Source: an uncultured Gammaproteobacteria bacterium (GTDB lineage: Bacteria > Patescibacteriota > Microgenomatia > Levybacterales > UBA12049). Taken from it: a DNA stretch of 64,000 nucleotides. The position numbers and the translations under genes are program-made. A model generated the notes under the pieces. That model was not told the origin of the DNA and searched no databases. It saw only the letters and a list, made by a program, of their open reading frames with translations. Shown here piece after piece: positions 1-9,115 of the stretch. Where the stretch lies: NCBI GenBank assembly GCA_964497535.1, contig CAZCCG010000001.1:2688-66687 (forward strand), written 5' to 3'. Every line of letters starts with the position of its first letter. Position 1 is the first letter of the stretch.

Positions 1-279
1 ATGTGTGAAGGGGTTACTTTTGCAATCCTTGGGATTATCCTATACGGCGTGGTCAGCACCTTAGCTGGGATAACCGTACAGAAATGTGGCTGGGAGGATT
101 ACCCATGGATCGGCTTTCTCATCTGGCCCATGATGGGCCTGGTAGGAAGCGGTATCGGTCTCTGGGGATGGGAATTCTGCGGATTCAATTTACTAGAGGC
201 TCTGAGCAAAGGAACGGGCTACGCACTATTAGGTATGTTGTTGGCGACCCTCGTAGGCCTATTCTTAGTAGATCGCTAG
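1..279 (+). CDS. small multi-pass membrane protein, orphan (may begin upstream of the window)
   Basis: 92-aa ORF with about 3 Gly-rich hydrophobic segments; followed by an SD-led ORF. Confidence 0.6.
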   Translation: MCEGVTFAILGIILYGVVSTLAGITVQKCGWEDYPWIGFLIWPMMGLVGSGIGLWGWEFCGFNLLEALSKGTGYALLGMLLATLVGLFLVDR

Positions 280-299
280 TTGAGAAAGGAGCATATATC

Positions 300-653
300 A
301 TGTCTGCGATGAATCGTGTCGTGAGTTCGCAGAAGGTCTGCGAACGCTGTGGGATGCTTCTCATCTCGGGCCAGGTAAAACTGGTCCGCAACAGAGGCAT
401 CTTCTGCTTGTCCTGCGCTCCGGTGGAGCAACAGGAACAAATCAGCCAACGCTGGCACCAGTACTGGTTCAAGTGTAAAAAGCTGGGAATGACGCTCGTC
501 ATCCTCTACACTATCTTCTGGTTCGCCGTAGCCAATGCTACCATCCCTACTTGGATGGCTGCACTGGTAGCTTATCTAACCATCCTATATGCCATGGGCA
601 TGGCGCTCTTGATTCACGAAGACGTCAACGCCCAAAAAGCCGACGGGCTATAA
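300..653 (+). CDS. orphan with N-terminal zinc ribbon and two TM helices
   Basis: SD GAAAGGAG at 284-291, ATG 300; CERC...CLSC, then two hydrophobic helices. Confidence 0.65.
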   Translation: MSAMNRVVSSQKVCERCGMLLISGQVKLVRNRGIFCLSCAPVEQQEQISQRWHQYWFKCKKLGMTLVILYTIFWFAVANATIPTWMAALVAYLTILYAMGMALLIHEDVNAQKADGL

Positions 654-660
654 CCGCACT

Positions 661-695
661 GGGGGGCCGAGTCTAACTCGGCTCCCTTTTCTTTT
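661..695 (+). terminator. GC-rich hairpin plus U-tract (CGAGTCT(A/G)ACTCG family)
   Basis: GGGGGCCGAGT-CTA-ACTCGGCTCCC followed by TTTTCTTTT, just after stop at 653. Confidence 0.75.
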
Positions 696-770
696 GGTAA
701 TCTATCAAACATGTGTTTAGTCTGAGCCCTCACTGCAATTCACCCTGGTTCGCAGTACAATGCGGCCAAC

Positions 771-992
771 ATGAAAACTATGAAAAACAAGTATTTCTTA
801 CATATCATTTTTACCTGGATATTTAGGCTGTTATTGGTAATGGGAGCCGTACAAATTATGGCTACCCACTCCCCTCAAGATTTATTTGGAGTAGCCGGAA
901 TTCTCTTGGGAGCAGCAGCTATGAAATTCGTCCTTCTCTGTTTTGATGAGACGATTTTCCCACCCAAACCTCTGGATGATTACCCTGCTTGA
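771..992 (+). CDS. small 2-TM membrane protein
   Basis: 73-aa ORF with two hydrophobic stretches; TACAAT upstream. Confidence 0.55.
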   Translation: MKTMKNKYFLHIIFTWIFRLLLVMGAVQIMATHSPQDLFGVAGILLGAAAMKFVLLCFDETIFPPKPLDDYPA

Positions 993-1083
993 AGCTACCT
1001 CCAAGCTTATACATCACATAAGGTTTGAGGCAGACCCCTGATGCCCTTTACTATTCTGATCCTTTTTGATATACTTATAGGCT

Positions 1084-1815
1084 ATGAGAAACAAGTATTT
1101 TGCTTTTGTACTATCCCTATTACTTCTGATAGGTGCGGCCCGCAACCCTATTGCTGCATTTGCAGAGCAGTCACCGCAGGAAGCCCAGCAGGAATATTAC
1201 AATCAATACATCCAGCAATATATCCAATCGATTACTACCTATTTAAATAATTACTATAGTGCTTATTATGCAGGACGCACTCCCGCGGCCGCTACTCCGC
1301 TGCTTCCTCCCACTCCAAATGCAAATCCAATTCCGTCTGTAAATCCCAATCCTAATCCGTATCCATTCCCAGCAAACCCTGGTCAAAATATCGTTGGTGG
1401 TATCTCCGCAGGACAAGTGACTGCAGGTGTCGTTATGGCTCCTACTCCCAGTCCTACCCCTACCCCCACTCCAACGCTTATGCCAACTCCCACACCAGGT
1501 ATTTCAAAACCAAGCGGCATCAAAGGCTTGGTAACAATTAGTCCGGTGTGTAACCCAAAGAAAGATCCTACCGAGCCTTGTGCCAAACCGTACCAGTCAC
1601 TCATTACAGTCAAAACTCAAGAAGGAGACTATACAGCCGGAACCGTATATTCTGACAAAAATGGTGTATTCAAACTCGACCTGGCTCCCGGAGTATACAA
1701 AGTAGTCCCGTATACGGTAAAACCCTATCCAACAACTGATGAACAAACAGTCATCGTATCAAATGGCCTCTATACAGATATCGTCGTTTCTTACGACTCC
1801 GGCAAAAAACTATAA
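1084..1815 (+). CDS. secreted protein: Gln/Tyr-rich N-terminus, Pro/Thr linker, carboxypeptidase-regulatory-like beta-sandwich
   Basis: signal peptide (AFA), PTPTPTPT linker, C-terminal SDKNGVFKLDLAPGVYKV motif. Confidence 0.75.
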   Translation: MRNKYFAFVLSLLLLIGAARNPIAAFAEQSPQEAQQEYYNQYIQQYIQSITTYLNNYYSAYYAGRTPAAATPLLPPTPNANPIPSVNPNPNPYPFPANPGQNIVGGISAGQVTAGVVMAPTPSPTPTPTPTLMPTPTPGISKPSGIKGLVTISPVCNPKKDPTEPCAKPYQSLITVKTQEGDYTAGTVYSDKNGVFKLDLAPGVYKVVPYTVKPYPTTDEQTVIVSNGLYTDIVVSYDSGKKL

Positions 1816-1863
1816 TCAAACACCATTGACTCTTTCCTCTTCCTTTATTAGAATGCTAACTAC

Positions 1864-2745
1864 ATGAGCTTTTTCAAAAATATCTTAGACAGTATCTATA
1901 ACCCTTCGTATTATCGACAAATCGCGCAAAAACCACTTACCTCTTCTATATCGTACTTTCTGTTATTGGCACTTCTTCTTACTGTTATCCAGACGATTAC
2001 ATTTATAAATCCTGTAAGCGCGGGTGTTACTGATCTGGTTTCAAAAGCAATCCCCAATCTCGTCAATAGCTATCCAAAGGAGTTATCAGTCACAATCAAA
2101 AATGGCTCTGTCTCCACCAATGTGAAAGAACCATATGTGATTCCTCTTCAGTCTCATAATTCTTCAGAACCAAAAAACCTTATTGTCATTACTACCAAAA
2201 AGACAGTTCCTCTTGAGCAATTTTATACCTATAATTCTCTTTTTGTACTCACTAAATATTCTCTTATCACAGTGAATAGTAGTACGAAAGCTGTCCAGGA
2301 ATTTCCCTTGCGGGATGTGAAAGATATGACCATCAACCGAACCACAATTAACCAGCAGATTACTCACATCCGTCCCTATTTCAAAACGATTGTACCGGTA
2401 CTTCTTGTCTGCATTGGTTTGGGAATATACATCGGTTATCTTCTTCGATTTGTGTATCTGCTTGCGTTGGCTCTTCTGATATTTGCTCTGATGAAATTTC
2501 TCAAACGTGATATGAAGTATGAAGATGCATACAAAATAGGCATTCATGCAATTACCGTGGGGCTTATCGTTGAAGCATTTCTTTTTCTCTTTCAATTCCA
2601 GATCCATACCGATGGCTTTCCGCTGATGACTACGCTTCTTTCTCTGATAGTGGTATATCTCAACCTGAAGGATCAACCAAAAACCAAAGTAGCAACCCCA
2701 AAACTAATAAAAAAGTCCTCCAGAAAAACCTCAAAAAAGAATTGA
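1864..2745 (+). CDS. DUF1189-like membrane protein
   Basis: N-terminal TM, extracytoplasmic loop, C-terminal TM bundle, basic tail; TTGACT..TAGAAT promoter. Confidence 0.65.
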   Translation: MSFFKNILDSIYNPSYYRQIAQKPLTSSISYFLLLALLLTVIQTITFINPVSAGVTDLVSKAIPNLVNSYPKELSVTIKNGSVSTNVKEPYVIPLQSHNSSEPKNLIVITTKKTVPLEQFYTYNSLFVLTKYSLITVNSSTKAVQEFPLRDVKDMTINRTTINQQITHIRPYFKTIVPVLLVCIGLGIYIGYLLRFVYLLALALLIFALMKFLKRDMKYEDAYKIGIHAITVGLIVEAFLFLFQFQIHTDGFPLMTTLLSLIVVYLNLKDQPKTKVATPKLIKKSSRKTSKKN

Positions 2746-2804
2746 ATCTATTTCTCTCTTACTGTCACTTGTTAGAAGTTAGAAGCTAAACAGTTTGGTC
2801 AGTT

Positions 2805-2996
2805 AACCAATGTTCGGCCTCCAACGCAGCGGCGCACCCAAACCCTGCGGCGGCTTGCCGCGTAACCTCGACACCGTGATGCGTGGAGGGAGACCACGAG
2901 AACGGAGAGAGTGTTACAGCAGAGAAAACTAAGCTATTTGATCTGACAACCAATGTTCGGCCTCCAACGCAGCGGCGCACCCAAACCCTGCGGCGG
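2805..2996. repeat. 49-bp perfect direct repeat (2805-2853 and 2948-2996) duplicating the trxB 3' end
   Basis: AACCAATGTTCGGCCTCCAACGCAGCGGCGCACCCAAACCCTGCGGCGG occurs twice. Confidence 0.95.
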
Positions 2997-3945
2997 TGAT
3001 TGCTTGTTTATATTTTGTATCATGGACATCCCCTGCTACAAAAATTCCTTCTACATTGGTCTTGTAGTGATCGTGGATAACAATAAAACCCTCTGAATCA
3101 ACATCTATTCCTTTAAATACTTCTGTATTGGGTTTATGTCCAATTGCCACAAATACTCCATCAATAGGAAATTCCCAAATGGTTTGTTTATCATTTTTCT
3201 CAAGCGTCTTTCCTCCGGCTTGCTCGGGTGTTTGAGTTGCCATCTTATCTGCGGGCTTAATAATGATTGAGCCGTCAGAACAATGACTCACGAGCTTTAC
3301 TTTTTCAACCTTTTGCTCACCGAGTATCTCCTCTATTGTGGTATTGAAAATAACGGTAATTTTTTCATTGGCAAAGACTTTGTCTTGCATAATCTTGGAC
3401 GCCCGCAATGTATCTCCTCGATAGATAATCCATACATGACTTGCAAAGCGAGTCATAACCAATGCTTCTTCCATAGCACTGTCGCCGCCGCCGACAATAA
3501 TTACTTTTTTGTCTCTGAAAAATGGTGCATCACAAGGTGCACATGATGAAACACCCCGGCCTATTTTTTCCATTTCTCCCTTGGCACCCAACCATTTGGT
3601 ATCGGCACCGGTTGCAATAATTACACTGCGGCCTTCATAGGTTTTCTCAGCGGTTGCAACTTTAAAGGGTTTCCCGGAAAAATCTGCCGAGACAAAATCT
3701 TTTTCAATGATCTCTGCCCCATGATGCTCTGCTTGTTTACGCATATTCATCATCAAATCCGGACCTTGAATCCCTTCGGGGAAACCGGGGAAATTTTCAA
3801 CCAGAGTTGTTAATTGAAGCTGCCCGCCCCACTTGGTGCCGGCAATGATAAGTGTTTTGAGATTTGCACGGGTAGTATAAATTGCGGCTGTCAAACCGGC
3901 AGGCCCACTTCCAATGATAATAACGTCGTATAAACTTTCAGCCAT
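2929..3945 (-). CDS. trxB: thioredoxin-disulfide reductase
   Basis: GSGPAG FAD motif, VENFPGF, CAPCD redox motif, GGGDSA, AGDV...QAITAAG; start refined to MAESLYDVII. Confidence 0.97.
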   Translation of the reverse strand: MAESLYDVIIIGSGPAGLTAAIYTTRANLKTLIIAGTKWGGQLQLTTLVENFPGFPEGIQGPDLMMNMRKQAEHHGAEIIEKDFVSADFSGKPFKVATAEKTYEGRSVIIATGADTKWLGAKGEMEKIGRGVSSCAPCDAPFFRDKKVIIVGGGDSAMEEALVMTRFASHVWIIYRGDTLRASKIMQDKVFANEKITVIFNTTIEEILGEQKVEKVKLVSHCSDGSIIIKPADKMATQTPEQAGGKTLEKNDKQTIWEFPIDGVFVAIGHKPNTEVFKGIDVDSEGFIVIHDHYKTNVEGIFVAGDVHDTKYKQAITAAGFGCAAALEAEHWLSDQIA

Positions 3946-3947
3946 AG

Positions 3948-4022
3948 TAAAAACGAAAAACGTAAAGCGAAAAATGCAAAACAACCCATTATTTTACGCT
4001 TTGCGCTTTTAGCTTTACGCTT
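3948..4022. repeat. heptamer-based imperfect inverted repeat between trxA and trxB
   Basis: AAAACGAAAAACGTAAAGCGAAAAA ... TTTTACGCTTTGCGCTTTTAGCTTTACGCTT. Confidence 0.7.
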
Positions 4023-4344
4023 GATTCAGGACTTCTTCTACTCCCTTTTTAATATTCTCTTTGGGTTGGGCGCCAACCATAGTCTTAACCGGTTCTCCTT
4101 TTTTGAAGACCATAAGAGTTGGGATACTCATAACACTATATTGTGCAGATACCTGCTGGTTCTCATCGACATTGAGCTTGCCCACTTTTACTTTTCCTTC
4201 AAATTCTTTTGCCAATTCTTCAACAATCGGACCCACGATTTTGCAGGGTCCGCACCAGGGTGCCCAAAAATCTACCAAAACCGGCATCTCGGCTTTGAGT
4301 ACTTCTGTGTCAAAATTTGCGTCTGTTAATGTTAGTTCTGCCAT
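4015..4344 (-). CDS. trxA: thioredoxin
   Basis: [16 protein letters not shown]. Confidence 0.98.
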   Translation of the reverse strand: MAELTLTDANFDTEVLKAEMPVLVDFWAPWCGPCKIVGPIVEELAKEFEGKVKVGKLNVDENQQVSAQYSVMSIPTLMVFKKGEPVKTMVGAQPKENIKKGVEEVLNQA

Positions 4345-4428
4345 ATCTGTAGTGTCTGTTTCCTACCCAAGACACTATTTATAGTAACAACTTACCAGGA
4401 AAGTGTCAATATCACAATTTAAAATAGT

Positions 4429-4452
4429 GGGGGGTACCAGACGATACCCCCC
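4429..4452 (-). terminator. GC-rich hairpin ending an orphan cassette
   Basis: minus strand GGGGGGTATC-GTCT-GGTACCCCCC, 9 nt after stop at 4462. Confidence 0.7.
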
Positions 4453-4461
4453 CGGTGAAAC

Positions 4462-4836
4462 TTAAGAGCATGATGCTCGTTGAACGTTTTGATCTTTGGC
4501 CATTATACGGTCGAGCTCTTGCCGACCCTTGTCAGTAAGCTCATACCGTATACTATGGTATGGACCGGCTGTAATACGGCTCACCATCTCCTCCTTCAGA
4601 AGAATCTGAAGTGCGCTATACGCGCTATCCTCAGGGATATTGGATGCAGGCACCGCCTCCCGAATTGCTCCAGAAAGATCGTTGGGGAAAAGAGGACCGG
4701 TTGCGACTGCTTTGAGGACACACTCCTGTATCCATTGGTTATTTTTGCGGGTTGCCTCCTCAGAGACTCGCCACAATCCAATACCACATATGATCAGTAA
4801 TGCAACGCATCCCACGATCACAAAACCCAAATCCAT
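4462..4836 (-). CDS. N-terminal TM anchor plus PadR-like winged-helix domain
   Basis: SD AAGGAGCAGGAG before ATG 4836; hydrophobic N-terminus; AYSALQILLKEEMV...RYELTDKGRQEL matches the PadR pattern. Confidence 0.7.
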   Translation of the reverse strand: MDLGFVIVGCVALLIICGIGLWRVSEEATRKNNQWIQECVLKAVATGPLFPNDLSGAIREAVPASNIPEDSAYSALQILLKEEMVSRITAGPYHSIRYELTDKGRQELDRIMAKDQNVQRASCS

Positions 4837-4864
4837 CTCTCCTGCTCCTTTCTGGATTCTCTCG

Positions 4865-5227
4865 TTAGGTGTTTTGGCCGTGTTTCTTCTCCTTGCTGCG
4901 CGCAAGCTCGATTCGGCTCTCTGCAGTAAGGGTCCAACGGTTCCTACCATCTCCACCCTGTTCACGTCTGACTTTGTATGTACGCTGGAGTTGCCTCAAT
5001 GCATCCAACACTGCAGCAGCAGAAGGAGATGAGTGAGGTGATTTCGAAGCAATCACTCTTCGAATTTCACCCGTATCCAAAGGTCCAGGCTCCAGTGCTT
5101 TAAAAGCTTCTCGCTGCAGATAACGCTGGTAAGACCTCCTCCGTATTTTCAGTACTAATAACCCGATGAAAATTATTAGCACCACTCCACTGCTTACAGC
5201 CAAAGTACCAACCCATGGATGGTCCAT
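4865..5227 (-). CDS. N-terminal TM anchor plus winged-helix domain (probable paralogue of 4462-4836)
   Basis: SD AAAGGA; TM, then KALEPGPLDTGEI...VLDALRQL...RWTLTAESRIEL. Confidence 0.65.
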   Translation of the reverse strand: MDHPWVGTLAVSSGVVLIIFIGLLVLKIRRRSYQRYLQREAFKALEPGPLDTGEIRRVIASKSPHSSPSAAAVLDALRQLQRTYKVRREQGGDGRNRWTLTAESRIELARSKEKKHGQNT

Positions 5228-5394
5228 CTTGTACTATTCCTTTCAACGTACACCAATTTCCTGAGGCCACTATACTCCACCACCACCCCCTTCGCAAGCC
5301 CAACCCTTTGGATAAATATATTTTCATTTGACAGTAATTGTTCCCTGTTTTATACTTCCCCAGGCTAACCACCACACCCATGAAAGGAAGATAA

Positions 5395-5673
5395 ATGGAT
5401 CTAATGGGCTATGTGGCACAGCTTGATGTGATAGATCTCATCGGTTACGTAGCAACGGGAAGTGGTATGTGTATCTTTAGCCCTGAAGTCTTCGAGACAA
5501 TCAGGACGAAAAAGGTAGGCATGAAATGGGCAACATTGGTACTCTTGGCTGTCAACACAGTCTCCTGGGGAATTGTGGGAAACGCCAGAGGTGTAACTCC
5601 CTTAGTCGTTAGTCAAGTCATCTTAGGCCTGCATGTGCTTATCTTGTTTAGGTACAAGCTACGCTATGGATAA
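5395..5673 (+). CDS. SemiSWEET/PQ-loop-like small transporter
   Basis: 3-TM 92-aa protein; FSPEVFETIRTK (PE in place of PQ), W..G...P motif; SD GAAAGGA. Confidence 0.65.
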   Translation: MDLMGYVAQLDVIDLIGYVATGSGMCIFSPEVFETIRTKKVGMKWATLVLLAVNTVSWGIVGNARGVTPLVVSQVILGLHVLILFRYKLRYG

Positions 5674-5676
5674 ATT

Positions 5677-5700
5677 GCCGGGGGGAGCAATCTCCCCGGC
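5677..5700 (+). terminator. GC-rich hairpin
   Basis: GCCGGGG...CCCCGGC directly after stop at 5673. Confidence 0.65.
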
Positions 5701-5776
5701 TCCATTTTAAATTGAAGAATTGAAGCTTGATTGAAAATTTAAAATTAGTTCGCCAACTGGCGAATTGTAAATTGAA

Positions 5777-7351
5777 TTACCCTAGGTCTTCCCGTTTGGC
5801 GTGAAGGAACAGAAACCACTGATCAAAGAAAGCAAAGAGTCCTTTAAATGGTGCTTCAATGAGAAAATCAAAAACCAAAAGGATCACATTAATCTGGGAA
5901 ATCCCCTCGGTAAGCCGCCGCCCGACTCGAATAACCGGCAGGAAAAGAAAATCGACAATAGGAGTCAAAAATCCCTGGGCATCCTCAACCGTATAGGTTT
6001 GAGGAATCAATGCAATGCGATATGCCAGAAAGGAAATAATTGCCAGGAAGAACAAAAATACTACCTGACTGACCCATTGGAATCCAATCTTGGTCAAAAT
6101 AAAGATCAACAGGCCAAAGGAGATGAAAAATGCCAAGAACCACAGCCCAGTAAAAATATTTTCCATGAGAGAATATTCTTTATCTTTTTTGATACTCAAA
6201 TTGAGTGCATTCCCCATACGCGGCTTTTCATCAAAAAGAACCGACTTCATATATTGGAATATCCGATCGGTATTTGTTTGACCCGGAGCTCGAATAAAAA
6301 ATCCGACAATCAAAAGCAGGATCGGCGGAATACCAGTATTGAGAAGTAGTGTTCCCCACTGGACTTCTCCATATAACACCCTTTCATATGTTCCTTCTAT
6401 CAAATAAGCAAACAGTGCCTTGGTAACCAAAACAAAGACGACAGAACGGATAATTGCGGTAGTTACTTTTGATCTAATTCCCGCATAGCGATTATTACAT
6501 GCATCTACAACCGCTTGCTTAAATTCTTCTTCCTTTGTAACCAGTTCTTTAAATCCGGCTCCCCGAGAACGAAGTAAATCGTCCATGATGAAAAATACTG
6601 CGGTGCGTCTGCGCACATAGGAATAGATTTTATTTCGGAATGGATAATTAAGCTGTTTATTCATTTCCATATACCCCTCTTTGAAATGTTCTACAACATG
6701 AGCGAGCGTGTGAGGCGTTAACTCCCCTAAAATCTGAGTGAATAAATAGTATTGTAAAAATGCGAGATCATTTTTGGCAAAACTACTACGGACTGCAATA
6801 TACACCTGCGCATCCCGGGTCTGTTCCTGTTCATCCGTGATTGTAATATTCTCTTTCATAATCCGGAAGATATAATTAACCATGAGTTCCTTTTGATGAT
6901 TCGGATTAATTAAATGTTCTATGTCTGAGGATAGGAGATGATAAAATAAGTCGGTGAGCACAGATTCGGATACTACTTTTTGAACCTGTATCTGTTGCTT
7001 AAATTGTTTGTATACTTCAATCTTTTCAGCAATTTTTGGGATGAGTGATTCCGGCAAACTATTATTGGGGAAATACCGCGCCCACAATAGTTCCCGTACC
7101 ATGGGCTCTGCAATCTTTTTATCCCCAAACATGGAACGCCTTCGTAAAATCCGCTCAATTGCCGCACGAAGAATCACTTCCTCTTCTTTATAATCCATGG
7201 CGTTACGCAACTTTTCATACCATGCGGCAATACGTGATACGACAGGATTGACAATAATCTTTTTCTCATGATGCTCCGTTGAAGGCTGGGTAAAGGCGGT
7301 AATTAATGCTTTGGATAAGTGAGAGACGTTTTTTTCAGGTGATTGTTCCAT
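5777..7351 (-). CDS. hypothetical polytopic membrane protein (large cytoplasmic N-terminus, 4+ TM)
   Basis: 524-aa ORF, helical N-terminus, several C-terminal hydrophobic segments. Confidence 0.8.
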   Translation of the reverse strand: MEQSPEKNVSHLSKALITAFTQPSTEHHEKKIIVNPVVSRIAAWYEKLRNAMDYKEEEVILRAAIERILRRRSMFGDKKIAEPMVRELLWARYFPNNSLPESLIPKIAEKIEVYKQFKQQIQVQKVVSESVLTDLFYHLLSSDIEHLINPNHQKELMVNYIFRIMKENITITDEQEQTRDAQVYIAVRSSFAKNDLAFLQYYLFTQILGELTPHTLAHVVEHFKEGYMEMNKQLNYPFRNKIYSYVRRRTAVFFIMDDLLRSRGAGFKELVTKEEEFKQAVVDACNNRYAGIRSKVTTAIIRSVVFVLVTKALFAYLIEGTYERVLYGEVQWGTLLLNTGIPPILLLIVGFFIRAPGQTNTDRIFQYMKSVLFDEKPRMGNALNLSIKKDKEYSLMENIFTGLWFLAFFISFGLLIFILTKIGFQWVSQVVFLFFLAIISFLAYRIALIPQTYTVEDAQGFLTPIVDFLFLPVIRVGRRLTEGISQINVILLVFDFLIEAPFKGLFAFFDQWFLFLHAKREDLG

Positions 7352-7427
7352 ATAAAACTGTCATTTTGAAGCAGATGCGGTATCTTTTTCAAGATGAGAT
7401 TCTATTATATATCAAATTTCAGAGGAT

Positions 7428-8087
7428 TCAAACACTCCCCAGAAGGGATTCTTGTTCCAAGGCTGATAAATCATTGATGATAATTCTCAAATGGTTATGG
7501 GTATTGATGAGCCCTTTTCGCTCCAGTTTCTCTATTTCAAGACTCACTGTCTCTCGAGTGAGACCTACCAACGATCCTATATCTTTATGAGTAAAAGGAA
7601 TTGGTATTACCAATCTATTCTCTTCCTGCTGTCCGTACCGGCGTGCATATGCAGCCAATACAGAAGCAACCTTTTCGTATGCATTGCCAAAAGCTAAATA
7701 TTCCATCCTTCTATATAGACTCCCCATCCGTTTGACTATTTTTGATGTCACTGCCAAAAGGATTTGGGGATTTGACATAATAAATTGCAAAAAAACCTCT
7801 TTGGGAGCATACACTGCGGAAACATCACACATCGGCTCTGCATAATAATCGATTGGATCATGTGCAATTGCCCACCTCAAGGGAAATAGTTCCGAAGGAC
7901 CCATAATCAACCGTGTTATTTCTTCTCCATGCCGTGATACCGAATATAATCTTACATATCCTTTCTGGATAAAATAAACACCCGTTGGCACATCATCTTC
8001 ATGGATAATAATATCGTGCTTACGATAGTTACGGACTTTATACTGGCTAAAAAACTCCTCAAGCTGACGCAATGCATCCTCACTCAT
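7428..8087 (-). CDS. Crp/Fnr family transcriptional regulator
   Basis: cNMP-binding-like VYFIQKGYVRL and HTH THKDIGSLVGLTRETVS; start refined to MSEDAL. Confidence 0.92.
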   Translation of the reverse strand: MSEDALRQLEEFFSQYKVRNYRKHDIIIHEDDVPTGVYFIQKGYVRLYSVSRHGEEITRLIMGPSELFPLRWAIAHDPIDYYAEPMCDVSAVYAPKEVFLQFIMSNPQILLAVTSKIVKRMGSLYRRMEYLAFGNAYEKVASVLAAYARRYGQQEENRLVIPIPFTHKDIGSLVGLTRETVSLEIEKLERKGLINTHNHLRIIINDLSALEQESLLGSV

Positions 8088-8302
8088 ACTGGAGCTATTA
8101 TACACCGTAAGAAAAAAATTGTAACCTCCTACCCGATACAAATATACTAATAAATACGAATTATACTAATCCTGCTATGTGGGTGATATTTATTAAAACG
8201 AAGTAATTATTCGTATCATTAGTATTGATTCGTATATTAGCATCGATTGAAGAATCTTTCTCTTGACAAATAGCCAATAGTACAATTACAATAGCGTTTA
8301 CT

Positions 8303-9115
8303 ATGGCAGTGAGAACTACACGGAAAAAAGAAGAACCTTTTACAGAAGATAGTGTATCTCACACGCCGGTAACGGTAGCAGCTCCACAAAATCCATTTGT
8401 CCCCTTTCTAGTAATTCTTTTGATTGTTGTTGCTTATTTATTGGGCATGTTAACTACCAAAGTCCAATATCTTGAACAGCAGAAGAATGGAGGAACCCAG
8501 GCAGTCGCACAGAACCAACCGGGTAGCCCTTCTGGGACGCAACCACAAGGCCCTACCCCAACACCCGGAAAAGTAAATGTTGAAGCCGGACACTTTCCTG
8601 TCAAAGGAAATAAAGACGCGAAAGTAAGCATTATTGAATTCGCGGATTTCCGCTGCCCCTTCTGTGAGAAGCTCTATACAGATGTCGAACCACAACTGAT
8701 GAAAGAGTATGTTGACAGTGGAAAAGCAAAATTCAGTTTTCGACATTATGCATTCTTAGGCCCGGCTTCAACACTTGCCTCAAATGCGGCAGAGTGTGCC
8801 AATGAACAAGGCAAATTCTGGGATTACTATGACTATTTGTACAAAAATCAACCTTCTGAAAGTGATACTTCCATGTATACCGTAGATAGCCTAACCAATA
8901 TCGCAGGTACGTTAGGGTTGGATACAACTCAATTTAACGAATGTCTCAGTGCCAACAAATATGACAAAAATGTCAGTGACGACCTGGCAGCCGGACAAAA
9001 AGCAGGAGTCAGCGGAACACCAACCGTATTTATCAATGGCACACCTGTCGTTGGGGCACAACCCTACAGTGCATTTAAAACCCTCATTGATCAAGAACTT
9101 GCGAAAAATAAATAA
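8303..9115 (+). CDS. membrane-anchored DsbA-family thiol-disulfide oxidoreductase
   Basis: EFADFRCPFC, GVSGTPTVFING; TTGACA...TACAAT promoter. Confidence 0.93.
   Translation: MAVRTTRKKEEPFTEDSVSHTPVTVAAPQNPFVPFLVILLIVVAYLLGMLTTKVQYLEQQKNGGTQAVAQNQPGSPSGTQPQGPTPTPGKVNVEAGHFPVKGNKDAKVSIIEFADFRCPFCEKLYTDVEPQLMKEYVDSGKAKFSFRHYAFLGPASTLASNAAECANEQGKFWDYYDYLYKNQPSESDTSMYTVDSLTNIAGTLGLDTTQFNECLSANKYDKNVSDDLAAGQKAGVSGTPTVFINGTPVVGAQPYSAFKTLIDQELAKNK

Noticed and set aside
661-700. cassette hairpins as integron attC sites
   Set aside because: No RYYYAAC/GTTRRRY boxes with extrahelical bases, no IntI, and the cassettes are not in an array.
1440-1500. PT-repeat coding tract
   Set aside because: Ordinary Pro/Thr linker of a secreted protein with degenerate codons.
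2786-2980. 64-aa ORF ending like TrxB; possible DGR TR/VR pair
   Set aside because: By-product of the 49-bp duplication. The core is identical rather than adenine-variable and no reverse transcriptase is present.
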